Below are positions 1-9,961 of a stretch of DNA of 64,000 bases, in pieces (the first letter of the stretch is position 1; every line of letters starts with the position of its first letter). The DNA is from Bacilli bacterium (GTDB lineage Bacteria > Bacillota_I > Bacilli_A > ML615J-28 > CAG-313): positions 662 through 64,661 of the forward strand of contig JAFQPO010000005.1 of the NCBI GenBank assembly GCA_017411715.1. Direction: 5' to 3'. A program made the translations under genes and the position numbers. The notes under the pieces were generated by a model that saw only the letters and a program-made list of their open reading frames with translations, did not search any database and was not told where the DNA came from.

Positions 1-4
1 TACT

Positions 5-1501
5 ATGATTAAACTAGGCCATAAATTATCATATCAATTAAGAGAAAAATATATTTCTCATCTATTTGATATGGATTCTGAACTTTATGAAAAATATACT
101 AAAGGGGACTTAATAAGTAGGGCTACTAATGATTTAAATAGTTTAACAACTCTTGCTACAACATTCTTAGAAAATGTAATCTTTTACGCTGTTACAATCA
201 TTACAGCTATTGTTATGATGATAATAATTAGTCCACTTTTAACTTTAGCATCTGTTGCTTTTATGCCACTAGTTATTTTCTTTTTAAACAAAGCAAGATT
301 AGAAAAAAGAAAATATTATAAAAAGCATCATGAAATATATGCGGAAATGACAGAAAGTGTCTTAGAGTCTATTGAAGGTGTTAAAACAGTTAGAGCATAT
401 TGTTATGAAGATGAAGATTTTAAGAAAACTGAAAGAGCCATTATTAATGATGTTGATTCATGGTGGAAGATCCAAAAATTTGAATCTGCTTTTACACCTT
501 TATTTGAACTAGTTTATGCTCTTGCCTATTTTATCGCCATAGGTCTTGGAACTTATTTAGTTATTCATGGAGATATTTCGGCTGGTAGTTTAGTTTCATA
601 CTTAGTTTATGTTGGCACATTATATGCCCCATTAATTGGTTTAAGTAATGTATTAAACATTATGAATAATATTGTTATTGCTGATCAAAGATTTAATGAA
701 GTTATGAATACAATTCCATCAGTTAAGAATGAAGAACATCCCAAAGATATACTTAAGTTTAAAGAAATATCTTTTAATAATGCTAGTTTTAAATATCCTT
801 TTGATGATTTTGAAGTAATAAAAAATATCACCTTCTCAATTAAAAGTGGTGAAACAATAGGGATTGTTGGACCTACTGGTAGTGGTAAATCAACTTTAAT
901 TAGACAATTACTAAGAGAATTTAATCTAACATCTGGTGAAATTAAAATAGATGGAAATGATATCAAAGAATATAAAATAGAAGATATTAGAAATCTAGTA
1001 GGCTATGTTCCTCAAAATCATATTTTATTTAGAAGAAGTGTTGATGATAATATTTTAATCGGTAAACCAGATGCAAATTCCCAAGCATTACAAAAAGCAA
1101 TGACAATGGCTGATTTTAAAAAAGATTTATCTAATTTAGCAGAAGGTTCTAGTACGATGGTTGCTGAACTTGGAGAATCATTAAGTGGTGGTCAAAAACA
1201 AAGACTATCAATTGCTAGAGCCCTAGTAAAAGACCCAGAAATTTTAATATTAGATGATAGTTTAAGTGCAGTTGATGCTTTAACAGAATCTACTATTATT
1301 GAACAATTAAAAGAAGATCGAAAAGATAAAACAAATATAATTGTTGCTCATAGATTTAGCGCCGTTAAAAACGCTGATAAAATTATTGTATTACAAGATG
1401 GAGTTATTACTGATATGGGTAGTTCTAAAGAATTACTTAAGTATGATAACTGGTATAAACTACAATATCTTAAACAATTAAAAGGTGATATTTATGAGTA
1501 A
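5..1501 (+). CDS. Heterodimeric multidrug ABC exporter subunit, BmrC/YheI-like (5'-truncated by window edge)
   Basis: TM helices, Walker A GPTGSGKST, LSGGQ signature, degenerate Walker B ILILDD; overlaps partner gene; frame open to window start. Confidence 0.9.
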   Translation: MIKLGHKLSYQLREKYISHLFDMDSELYEKYTKGDLISRATNDLNSLTTLATTFLENVIFYAVTIITAIVMMIIISPLLTLASVAFMPLVIFFLNKARLEKRKYYKKHHEIYAEMTESVLESIEGVKTVRAYCYEDEDFKKTERAIINDVDSWWKIQKFESAFTPLFELVYALAYFIAIGLGTYLVIHGDISAGSLVSYLVYVGTLYAPLIGLSNVLNIMNNIVIADQRFNEVMNTIPSVKNEEHPKDILKFKEISFNNASFKYPFDDFEVIKNITFSIKSGETIGIVGPTGSGKSTLIRQLLREFNLTSGEIKIDGNDIKEYKIEDIRNLVGYVPQNHILFRRSVDDNILIGKPDANSQALQKAMTMADFKKDLSNLAEGSSTMVAELGESLSGGQKQRLSIARALVKDPEILILDDSLSAVDALTESTIIEQLKEDRKDKTNIIVAHRFSAVKNADKIIVLQDGVITDMGSSKELLKYDNWYKLQYLKQLKGDIYE

Positions 1502-3515
1502 TTATAAGAGATTGTTTCACTTTTTAAAAGGAAGATTTAGATTCTTGATTGTTAGTTTAATAATGATTTTTGTAATCCAGTGTTTAAACTTCGTATCTCC
1601 ACTTATTGTCAAAACCTTATTAGATGATTATATAATGGGGATTGAATATGATTGGGTTGAAGTTTTAGAAGAAGATAAACATACAGTCAATTATTTAAAC
1701 CGCATATTTAAACAAACAAGATATATTGATGAAGATGATAAAGTAATTAAGGATGTTAGTATCTTTTTATATGAAGCTAAAGTATATTTTGTAGATGAAA
1801 AAATAGAAGTAGGACAAAAAGAAATTGTTGATAATAAATTAGTTATTACTAATAGTCAATCTTCATATTCTTATGATATCTTACTACTTTCATCAAATGA
1901 AATATACAAATTCTACAACCCAATGTTATATTCAATTATTATAATAATAGTTATTTTATTTATTAAATCAGTTGTAACTATTATTTGTAATTTTGTCCAA
2001 CAAATGTGTACTAACAGATGTATTAACCGAATAGTAATGGAAGAAAGAATAAATGGGATGAAAGCAGTTGAAAGATTACCAATCGCAGAATTTGAAAAAG
2101 AGCCTGCTGGTAAACTAGCTAGCCGTATTACTAGTGATGTAGATGGTATTTTAATAATGTATCGTCAAATCATTAATTTATTTTTTAATGCTATTTTAGC
2201 ATTTATATTTGCTTATATTGGAATGTTCTATTTAGATGTTAAACTTGCTTTATTAACTCTAGTTTTTTATCCATTAATTTTTATTTGGATTAAATTATTC
2301 TTAAAATCATTAAAGAAAGTATCAGAAAGAGTAAATGAATCTAGAAGCTTATTAACATCTAAAATAAATGAAATAATTAATGGTATTAATATTCTACAAA
2401 TTTTTAATTTTAAAAATAAAACCATTAATGAATTTAATGAAATAAATGAAGAATATCGAAGTCAACAATTAAAAGGTTCGAAACTAAGTCTTGTTGGTGG
2501 CTGGAATTTACTTAATGTTTTAAGAGGTTTAATAACAACATTCATTGTTGCGTACTTTGGATGGCAATATACAAGTGTAGGAAGTATTGTTGTGACAGCG
2601 GGATTAGTTTATGCGTATAATGAATATATTTTAAAACTAGTTGACCCTATCAATATTATTTTTACGCAAATAAGTGCTTTCCAAGATTCCCATGTGCAAG
2701 TTAGAAGATATCATAAACTAATAGAAGCTCCACTTGAAGCATATGATAAAAATCATATTGAAAGATATAAAGGGAAGATTAAGTTTGATAATATTTGGTT
2801 TAGTTATGTTAATGATAATTACGTTTTAAAAGGAGTTTCTTTTGATATTGAACCAGGTCAAATGATTGGTCTAGTAGGTCATACGGGAAGTGGCAAAAGT
2901 TCTTTAATTAATCTATTACTTAGATTTTACGATATCAATAATGATTTAAGTGGTAGTATTTATGTTGATGATATGGATATTACATCGATAGAAAAAAGAA
3001 CATACCGTGAGCATATTGGAATTGTATTACAAGAGCCTGTCTTGTTTAAAGGAACAATTGCTTCTAATATCAAATTCGGGAAAGATATATCAGATGAAGA
3101 AGTTGAAAACATATTAAAGATGATAGGTGGACAAAAGATAATTGATAAGTTCCCGTTAGGAATTCATCAAAAAATTACTCGCTCTGGGCTTAATATGAGT
3201 GCAGGAGAAAAACAATTAATTTCGCTTGCTAGAGTATTAGTCCATGATCCTAGTATTCTAATTATGGATGAAGCAACTTCTCATATTGATTTAGAAACTG
3301 AAGAAATGGTTAAAAATGCTTTAAAGGTGGTTTCTAAAAATAGAACTGTTATTGTAATAGCTCATAGATTATCTACAATCTTTGATGCGGATAAGATTAT
3401 TGTCTTAGACCATGGTTTAAAAGTAGAAGAAGGAAAACATACCGAACTTGTTAAATTAAATGGTGTGTATGCTAATATTTATAGAGCTCAAACAGCGAAC
3501 ATAAATTTGAAATAA
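1494..3515 (+). CDS. Heterodimeric multidrug ABC exporter subunit, BmrD/YheH-like
   Basis: TMD with large extracellular loop after TM1 as in YheH; GHTGSGKSS, ILIMDEAT; ATG 1494 after AAAGGTGA preferred over GTG 1485. Confidence 0.9.
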   Translation: MSNYKRLFHFLKGRFRFLIVSLIMIFVIQCLNFVSPLIVKTLLDDYIMGIEYDWVEVLEEDKHTVNYLNRIFKQTRYIDEDDKVIKDVSIFLYEAKVYFVDEKIEVGQKEIVDNKLVITNSQSSYSYDILLLSSNEIYKFYNPMLYSIIIIIVILFIKSVVTIICNFVQQMCTNRCINRIVMEERINGMKAVERLPIAEFEKEPAGKLASRITSDVDGILIMYRQIINLFFNAILAFIFAYIGMFYLDVKLALLTLVFYPLIFIWIKLFLKSLKKVSERVNESRSLLTSKINEIINGINILQIFNFKNKTINEFNEINEEYRSQQLKGSKLSLVGGWNLLNVLRGLITTFIVAYFGWQYTSVGSIVVTAGLVYAYNEYILKLVDPINIIFTQISAFQDSHVQVRRYHKLIEAPLEAYDKNHIERYKGKIKFDNIWFSYVNDNYVLKGVSFDIEPGQMIGLVGHTGSGKSSLINLLLRFYDINNDLSGSIYVDDMDITSIEKRTYREHIGIVLQEPVLFKGTIASNIKFGKDISDEEVENILKMIGGQKIIDKFPLGIHQKITRSGLNMSAGEKQLISLARVLVHDPSILIMDEATSHIDLETEEMVKNALKVVSKNRTVIVIAHRLSTIFDADKIIVLDHGLKVEEGKHTELVKLNGVYANIYRAQTANINLK

Positions 3516-3543
3516 ATTATTTGTAAAAAAATATCTAAAATAG

Positions 3544-3600
3544 TTGCAACAAATTCATTTATAATATATAATATACTCGGGTTTAGAACTCGAGTATATT
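3544..3600 (+). promoter_or_regulatory. sigmaA promoter with overlapping palindromic operator (copy 1)
   Basis: TTGCAA 3544-3549, 17 nt, TATAAT 3567-3572; AATATACTCGGG-TTTAGAA-CTCGAGTATATT 3570-3600. Confidence 0.8.
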
Positions 3601-3676
3601 TTAATTATAAGAACTTTTTTTACAAATTAAAAAGAAGAAAAATATAAAAAAGTTATATTGAAAGGAATGGTGATAT

Positions 3677-5983
3677 ATGTCAAATAATGAGTTTAATTAT
3701 TTCAAAGAAGAAAATCAATTTAAAGAAAACAAATCGTTTGATATTTTATCTGTTAATAACAAAGATAAAGAAGTATCATCTCCTAAAATAGATGTATATA
3801 AGACAAAAGAGATTGGTAGTAGTAGTAAGAATGTAAATAAAAAAGATAATAAAAATGTTATTAAAAAAATACTTCAAAAAGTAACTGAATCAACAAGCTC
3901 ATTTGTAAGTGGCGTTGCCGCAACAGCAGCAGTAGTTATAACAACTGTGGTGATATTTTCAAATGTTGTTTTTGATAAACCAGCAATTGAATTAATAGAA
4001 CTTGTTGAAGGCTATGATTATGTAGAATATAATATTTCTTTAGACGATATATCAGAAGAAATTAGTTATTATGTCGTTATTGATAATAGTTTTGAGTCCC
4101 ACTCTTTTGATATAAGAGTCGGAGAAAATAAAAATGTTGTAAATGATTTAATTAGTAATTCATTATATAATTTATCAGTAATAGGAATTAATAATGAAAA
4201 TCAAACGGAAGTTAAATATTTTACAACTAGATTCTTTACTAAAGAAAGTATTGAAAATTATAAAATCACATGGATGTCACAAGGTGAAATCTTAAAAGAA
4301 GAACAAATTCAAAAAGGCCAAATACCATCATATGATGGAGTGATTCCTAAAAGGGGAGAAACGATAGATTATAAGTATGAGTTTATCGGTTGGGATCAAG
4401 AATTTACAGAAGTATTTGCGGATACAGTATATAATGCGGTATTCAAAGAAATTGAAAAAGAGTTTACTGCTTCTATTAATTTACTAGATGAAAGTGATGT
4501 AATAATATATTGGGATAATCCAGATTATAACGAAGTAGTGTTTAATGTTGGGTTTGATAATTCAAATGATCCAAATTTATTATACCGTATTATCTTAACC
4601 GATGAATCAAATAATACGTATGAATATGCTAGTTCATCACAAAATGCAACAATTAATGTACCAAAAGATGTATCACAAGTAACAATTACATATGAATTAA
4701 TTATAGGTTATAATGGATTAGAAAAAGTTCATTCGACAAAAACAATGGAACAACCACTAATCTTTAATAATCCTACATTATCACTTGGAGATTCACTAAC
4801 ATTATCAGGTGTCGATGAATATGAACTTACATACATGATTAATTCAGAATATTATAATAATGAACAATATAAACTAATTAATTTTGATATTACATATAGT
4901 GATAATACTAATGAAATAATTGATATTAGTGAATTTGGGATTAATGAAGTTCAGACAATGAAAGTCAAAGTTCCAAGTTTTGTAAGTAACATGACAATTG
5001 ATTATCAGTTAGAACTTCTAGGTAATAATGGACTTAATCCACGAGTAGTTAGTGGAACTAAAGCATATGAATTAACTAATGAATATTATTTAACTAAAAA
5101 ATATGTTTCAAATATTTCTTCACCATCGGTAATACTTGAGTTTAATTATCATTTTATCGATGAAAATACAACAATTGCAGTAAAGGATATATCAACTGAT
5201 GAAGTTACATTATTAGATGCAAATACTAATAAAATAACTATGTATCATGATGGATCAAGTCAATTAAAAGATTATACCTATTATTTAGCTGATTTTGATG
5301 GTACGATAATTGATGCTGAACAAAGTGTTTCAATTGATTGTACTGAACAAAAAGGCGATTATAATTTTAATTATATAAATCCTGGAGATGCAATTGTTAC
5401 ATACAATGATGATGGTACAATAAATATTTATCTTGAAACTGTATTTGAAACAGTTGATACTAATATTTATTATTCAGTTGTTTATAATAATTATCAAACA
5501 GATACATCAGTTGAAGTATATTACACTTCTTCATATGCAAGATATGAAAATGTAGCATTTAGTGACTATGGAATAGTTTACTATGTATATAAAAATGTTG
5601 ATGATATAGTTTATATATTAGAAGAAATAGCTGTCTCAGGTGGTATTGAAATAACAAATGATTTTAATATTAATGGTAGCATTACTACAGAAGATGATAT
5701 TAATTATACAATTAGTTTTAACTTTGAAGATTATAAATATGATTTTGATGAAAATAGTTTTACCTTAACTATTGATGGAGAAAACTATGTTGTAGATAGT
5801 AGTAATTTAATACATGAATCAACAAATGGTTCTTATACATTCTCGTACGTTATTGATTTTGAACCTACGAATGTTGAAGTAACATTCCAAGGTTCACCAT
5901 CTTTAAATAGTTATGACACACTAGTTCAAAATATTGATGTAAAAGGAAATAAATATGCAACTATAACAGTTAGTTTCTATTAA
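3677..5983 (+). CDS. Large membrane-anchored surface protein (N-proximal TM; FN3/Ig-like and Listeria-Bacteroides-repeat-like domains)
   Basis: Lys-rich N-terminus, hydrophobic VSGVAATAAVVITTVVIF, beta-rich acidic ectodomain, motif YKITW..G..L...IQKGQIPSY...YEFIGWD......TVYNAVF. Confidence 0.7.
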   Translation: MSNNEFNYFKEENQFKENKSFDILSVNNKDKEVSSPKIDVYKTKEIGSSSKNVNKKDNKNVIKKILQKVTESTSSFVSGVAATAAVVITTVVIFSNVVFDKPAIELIELVEGYDYVEYNISLDDISEEISYYVVIDNSFESHSFDIRVGENKNVVNDLISNSLYNLSVIGINNENQTEVKYFTTRFFTKESIENYKITWMSQGEILKEEQIQKGQIPSYDGVIPKRGETIDYKYEFIGWDQEFTEVFADTVYNAVFKEIEKEFTASINLLDESDVIIYWDNPDYNEVVFNVGFDNSNDPNLLYRIILTDESNNTYEYASSSQNATINVPKDVSQVTITYELIIGYNGLEKVHSTKTMEQPLIFNNPTLSLGDSLTLSGVDEYELTYMINSEYYNNEQYKLINFDITYSDNTNEIIDISEFGINEVQTMKVKVPSFVSNMTIDYQLELLGNNGLNPRVVSGTKAYELTNEYYLTKKYVSNISSPSVILEFNYHFIDENTTIAVKDISTDEVTLLDANTNKITMYHDGSSQLKDYTYYLADFDGTIIDAEQSVSIDCTEQKGDYNFNYINPGDAIVTYNDDGTINIYLETVFETVDTNIYYSVVYNNYQTDTSVEVYYTSSYARYENVAFSDYGIVYYVYKNVDDIVYILEEIAVSGGIEITNDFNINGSITTEDDINYTISFNFEDYKYDFDENSFTLTIDGENYVVDSSNLIHESTNGSYTFSYVIDFEPTNVEVTFQGSPSLNSYDTLVQNIDVKGNKYATITVSFY

Positions 5984-5997
5984 AAAGGAGATAATAA

Positions 5998-7044
5998 ATG
6001 GAAAAGAAAAATAAAAAAATAAATATATATCAAATACTACAAATAGTTTTAATAGTTTTAGTACTTGCTTTTATCGCAATGTGTATAATTGTTCAATTAA
6101 TTGATCCATCTTTAAATATTTCTAAATGGATAATTGAAAATGTATGGGACTTAAATAAAACAAAAGCAATTTTTAATGATCGTGTACCAACTATTATACG
6201 TAGTTTAATTTACATTGTATTAATATATGGTATTTGTAAACTTATCAGATTAATTTTTAGGGTTCAAATGAAAAAGAATCATCGTTCAAAAACTATTTTT
6301 ACACTATTAGATGGTTTTACTAAATATGCATGTGCAGTTATTATTATTTTATTAATACTTAGTGCATTTGGAGTAGACACAACAGCCCTTGTTGCTTCAG
6401 TCGGTGTATTAACGTTAATTGTTGGTCTTGGTGCTCAATCATTAATTGCTGATATCATTGCGGGAATATTCATTATTTTTGAAAACGAATATAATGTTGG
6501 TGAAATTATTAGTGTTGATGGTTTTAGGGGAACAGTAGTAGAAATTGGTATTCGTTCAACAAAAGTAATTGATGCGGCGGGTAATATTAAAATAATAAAT
6601 AATAGTAATATTGGTGACATTGTTAACTTATCAAGAGAATTATCTTTAGCAGTAGTTGATTTAGATTTTCCATATGATGTTCCTGTTGATTTAGTAGAAA
6701 ATATTTTAAAAGATAATTTCAAATTAATGCAAAAAAATATTAATGGTATTGTTGATGGGCCTTTCTATAAAGGAATTTGTAACTACAAAGATTCTAACGT
6801 TACTTTGAAAATTGTTGCTCAATGTAAAGAAGAAGATCGTTTTCAAGTTGAAAGAGATTTAATGAGAGAGTATCGTCGAATCTTACTTGAAAATAATATT
6901 GATATGTCATATCATCAAGTAGTTATTAATTATGCGGAAACAAAAGAGTATAGCTCAAACAGCAAATCTAAAAAAGAAGCTGAAGCATTTGTTAAAAAAC
7001 AAAAAATCTTATCTAAAGATTTAGAAGAACAAGAAAACCAATAA
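5998..7044 (+). CDS. mscS: Small-conductance mechanosensitive channel (MscS family)
   Basis: ALVASVGVLTLIVGLGAQSLIADIIAGIFIIFE..Y.VGE.I...G..GTV.EIGIRSTK. Confidence 0.9.
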   Translation: MEKKNKKINIYQILQIVLIVLVLAFIAMCIIVQLIDPSLNISKWIIENVWDLNKTKAIFNDRVPTIIRSLIYIVLIYGICKLIRLIFRVQMKKNHRSKTIFTLLDGFTKYACAVIIILLILSAFGVDTTALVASVGVLTLIVGLGAQSLIADIIAGIFIIFENEYNVGEIISVDGFRGTVVEIGIRSTKVIDAAGNIKIINNSNIGDIVNLSRELSLAVVDLDFPYDVPVDLVENILKDNFKLMQKNINGIVDGPFYKGICNYKDSNVTLKIVAQCKEEDRFQVERDLMREYRRILLENNIDMSYHQVVINYAETKEYSSNSKSKKEAEAFVKKQKILSKDLEEQENQ

Positions 7045-7086
7045 AAATAAATGATCTTGATTATTTGTAAAAAATATTGAGATATG

Positions 7087-7119
7087 AATAAGGGTAGTTA
7101 TATCTACCCTTATTTTTTT
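7087..7119 (+). terminator. Rho-independent terminator
   Basis: AATAAGGGTAG/CTACCCTTATT stem followed by T run. Confidence 0.85.
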
Positions 7120-7206
7120 ATTTAAATTAATAAAAAAAATTCTATTAATGTTAAATTTCTTCTTTTTATGATATAATAAAGTAAACTATTATCTAGGAGG
7201 TAGAAT

Positions 7207-8463
7207 ATGTTTTGTAAAAGTTTGGAACAATTTTTAAATGAGTATTTAGAAAATGATGTGCCTTATATGGATTTATATTTTGAAAATAAGGAACACTATA
7301 AAGACTTATATGATTATGCAAAACAACATCTATATGATACGAGATTTCAAGTAATTATGGGTTATCTATATAAATATGGAGAAGCAGGAGAAAAGAACCA
7401 TCAATTAGCATTTGAGCACTTCTATAAAGCAGCTATTAATGATAATAAATATGCTGCTAATGAAATTGCGTTAGCATATGAATATGGTAATGGTGTTGAT
7501 AAAAACATCGAAGAATCAGTGAAGTGGTTTGAAAAAGGCGTTGCGCTTAATAATCCTTCATCTATGAATGATTTAGGCTATCTTTATGAAAGGGGAATAG
7601 GAGTTAAGCAAAATTTAGAAATTGCAGTTGAGTATTATCAAATGGCAGCCGATCTAGGAAATCCTACTGCTATTAATAATTTGGCATTATGTTATAAGGC
7701 GGGGAAAGTAGTTAAGCAAGATTATCATAAAGCTTTTGAATTGTTTACTAAGGCTGCTGAATTGGGGTGCAATGCAAGTTATAGTCATCTAGGTTATATG
7801 TATGAACAAGGACAAGGTATAGAAGTTAATCTTGAAAAAGCTTTTCACTATTATGAAATTGCTGCGAAAAAAGGAGTACCTGTAGGTATGTTTAATCTAG
7901 GATACACATATGATCATGGTATTGGAACTGCAAAAGATCCAGAAAAAGCTCTTTATTGGTATGAAGAATCAGCTAAAAAAGGCTATCAACAAGGGATGCT
8001 AAATGCGGGTATTATGTACAACCATGGAATAGGCGTTGCACAAGATTTTGGGAAAGCCCGTTATTGGTATGAAAAAGCAGCTGAATGTGGAAACGCTCGC
8101 GCACAATGTTCATTAGGCTTTATGTATGAAAAAGGTAATGGAGTTCCTCAAAATTACAAAACAGCTCTAGAGTATTATGAAAAATCTGCTAATTCTGGAT
8201 ATGCTACAGCAATTAATAACTTAGGTGTATTTTATGAACATGGATTTGGTTGTGAAGCAAATATAAATAAAGCCATTGAATATTATAAAATAGCAGCTGA
8301 AAAAGGCGAAGGAATCGCACTATCAAACTTAGGCTTATGTTATAGATATGGTCGAGGTGTCTGCAAAAATGTAAGTTATGCTTTAGAATTATTCAAAAAA
8401 GCAATTGATGCAGGATTCGAAAAAGCAAAAGATTATTATGAAAAAGCAAAAAATGAATTGTAA
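7207..8463 (+). CDS. Sel1-repeat (TPR-like) protein
   Basis: About ten ~36-aa repeats A...LG..Y..G.GV......A..YY..AA..G; no signal peptide. Confidence 0.92.
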   Translation: MFCKSLEQFLNEYLENDVPYMDLYFENKEHYKDLYDYAKQHLYDTRFQVIMGYLYKYGEAGEKNHQLAFEHFYKAAINDNKYAANEIALAYEYGNGVDKNIEESVKWFEKGVALNNPSSMNDLGYLYERGIGVKQNLEIAVEYYQMAADLGNPTAINNLALCYKAGKVVKQDYHKAFELFTKAAELGCNASYSHLGYMYEQGQGIEVNLEKAFHYYEIAAKKGVPVGMFNLGYTYDHGIGTAKDPEKALYWYEESAKKGYQQGMLNAGIMYNHGIGVAQDFGKARYWYEKAAECGNARAQCSLGFMYEKGNGVPQNYKTALEYYEKSANSGYATAINNLGVFYEHGFGCEANINKAIEYYKIAAEKGEGIALSNLGLCYRYGRGVCKNVSYALELFKKAIDAGFEKAKDYYEKAKNEL

Positions 8464-8470
8464 TGATAAT

Positions 8471-8511
8471 AAAGTACTAATAAACAATCGTGTTTATTAG
8501 TACTTTTTTTT
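8471..8511 (+). terminator. Rho-independent terminator
   Basis: 16-bp perfect stem AAAGTACTAATAAACA/TGTTTATTAGTACTTT plus T run. Confidence 0.9.
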
Positions 8512-8523
8512 ATTAATAAAAAA

Positions 8524-8590
8524 GTATCAATGATACAAAAAATATTGACAAATTATTGATTATGTGATATAATTAATGTATCAATGATAT
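8524..8590 (+). promoter_or_regulatory. TA-operon promoter flanked by two GTATCAATGATAC palindromes
   Basis: TTGACA 8545-8550, 17 nt, TG-n-TATAAT 8568-8573; palindromes at 8524-8536 (perfect) and 8578-8590 (1 mismatch). Confidence 0.8.
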
Positions 8591-8640
8591 CATTTATGAA
8601 AGGAGGATGAAACTATGGGAATAGAATAGATATCAGTGAG

Positions 8641-8976
8641 TTGGGAAAACAAATATATATACAAGAAGTTATTGAATTAATAAATAAAAATCAATTTTAC
8701 ATAATACCTAGAGAAAAGAATAAAAATTTTATATATGAATATAAATTAGATTATATAATGATAAAACAAATGTTGTTATCTTTAGAGAAAGATGACATAA
8801 AATATCAAGTGGAAGATATAGAGTATACGAAGTATGGATCAGCACCATTAGTAGTATTTAAGAAACAATTTCATTTAATTGATATGTTTGGTAATGATAA
8901 AAATGAAATTGTGTATATTAAAATAAAAATGAATAAAGAAAAAATGCCAGTTATATCTTTTCATCTAAACGAATAG
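8641..8976 (+). CDS. MqsR-like toxin (RelE-fold mRNase); start uncertain
   Basis: Small basic protein ending VYIKIK...VISFH, directly upstream of an MqsA-like gene; only a TTG start in frame. Confidence 0.65.
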   Translation: MGKQIYIQEVIELINKNQFYIIPREKNKNFIYEYKLDYIMIKQMLLSLEKDDIKYQVEDIEYTKYGSAPLVVFKKQFHLIDMFGNDKNEIVYIKIKMNKEKMPVISFHLNE

Positions 8977-8989
8977 AAAGAGGAATTAT

Positions 8990-9961
8990 ATGAAAAATAC
9001 AAAAGATTATTGTTTATTGTGTAATAAACACGTAGAATCAATTATTATTAATAAACAACTAAAATATGAAGACAATATGATTGATGTAGAATATGAAGGT
9101 AAAATTGCTATATGTCCTATTTGCGGTGAAGAATTATATAACGATGATGTTATTAAGTACAATCAACAAAAGATTGCTGAACAATATAAAATTGAAAATG
9201 ACATTATAACTAAAGAAGAAATAATAGAAATAATGAGAAAATATAATATTGGCAAAAGACCTTTATCATTACTACTTGGCTTTGGAGAAATAACTATTAC
9301 AAGATATTTAGATGGATATATACCAACAAGTAAAAATTCTAAAATCTTAAAGAAAGTTTTATACTCTCCAAGTGATTATTATTCAATCTTACAAATGAAT
9401 AAAGACAAAATTAAAGAAGTTGCCTTTAATAAAAGTGAAGAAGCAACCAAAAAATTATTAGATATCAATTTGAAAGATGGTATCATTGATGTTGCTGCTA
9501 AGTATATTGTAAATAAGGCAGAAATTACGAATCTTTCACTACAAAAGATTCTATATTACGTTCAAATGTTTTATATGGCCATTTATAAAAAACATGCTTT
9601 TAATAGTAGATGCAATGCCTGGGAGTATGGTCCTGTTTTTGGAACTATTTACCATAAATATAAGAGATTTGGTAAAAATATTATTGTTGATGAAATGCCT
9701 GAAAATGAACTAGATAAAGACTTAAAAGAGACAATCGATAATGTTCTTAAATATTTTGGCTGTTATACAGGTATCGTTTTGAAATCATTTACGCATCAAG
9801 AAACTCCATGGATCGATGCCATTAAATCTGAAAATAAAATAATTGAAAAAAATGTTATTAGAGAATATGGAGAAATGATTGTGAAAAAGTTTAGTATAAA
9901 TCACATAAATGAGATCAATAAGTATAGTTCATTTATGTTTGAACAATATTTAGAAAGTTAA
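8990..9961 (+). CDS. Antitoxin: MqsA-type Zn ribbon + HTH fused to Panacea (DUF4065/GepA/SocA) domain
   Basis: CxxC...CPIC; HTH (LSLLLGFGEITITRYLDG); Panacea motifs LQKILYY, AWEYGPV, THQETPW. Confidence 0.85.
   Translation: MKNTKDYCLLCNKHVESIIINKQLKYEDNMIDVEYEGKIAICPICGEELYNDDVIKYNQQKIAEQYKIENDIITKEEIIEIMRKYNIGKRPLSLLLGFGEITITRYLDGYIPTSKNSKILKKVLYSPSDYYSILQMNKDKIKEVAFNKSEEATKKLLDINLKDGIIDVAAKYIVNKAEITNLSLQKILYYVQMFYMAIYKKHAFNSRCNAWEYGPVFGTIYHKYKRFGKNIIVDEMPENELDKDLKETIDNVLKYFGCYTGIVLKSFTHQETPWIDAIKSENKIIEKNVIREYGEMIVKKFSINHINEINKYSSFMFEQYLES

Noticed and set aside
7207-8463. Sel1 repeats as a novel repeat system
   Set aside because: Ordinary, well-diverged Sel1 repeats with no DNA-level identity
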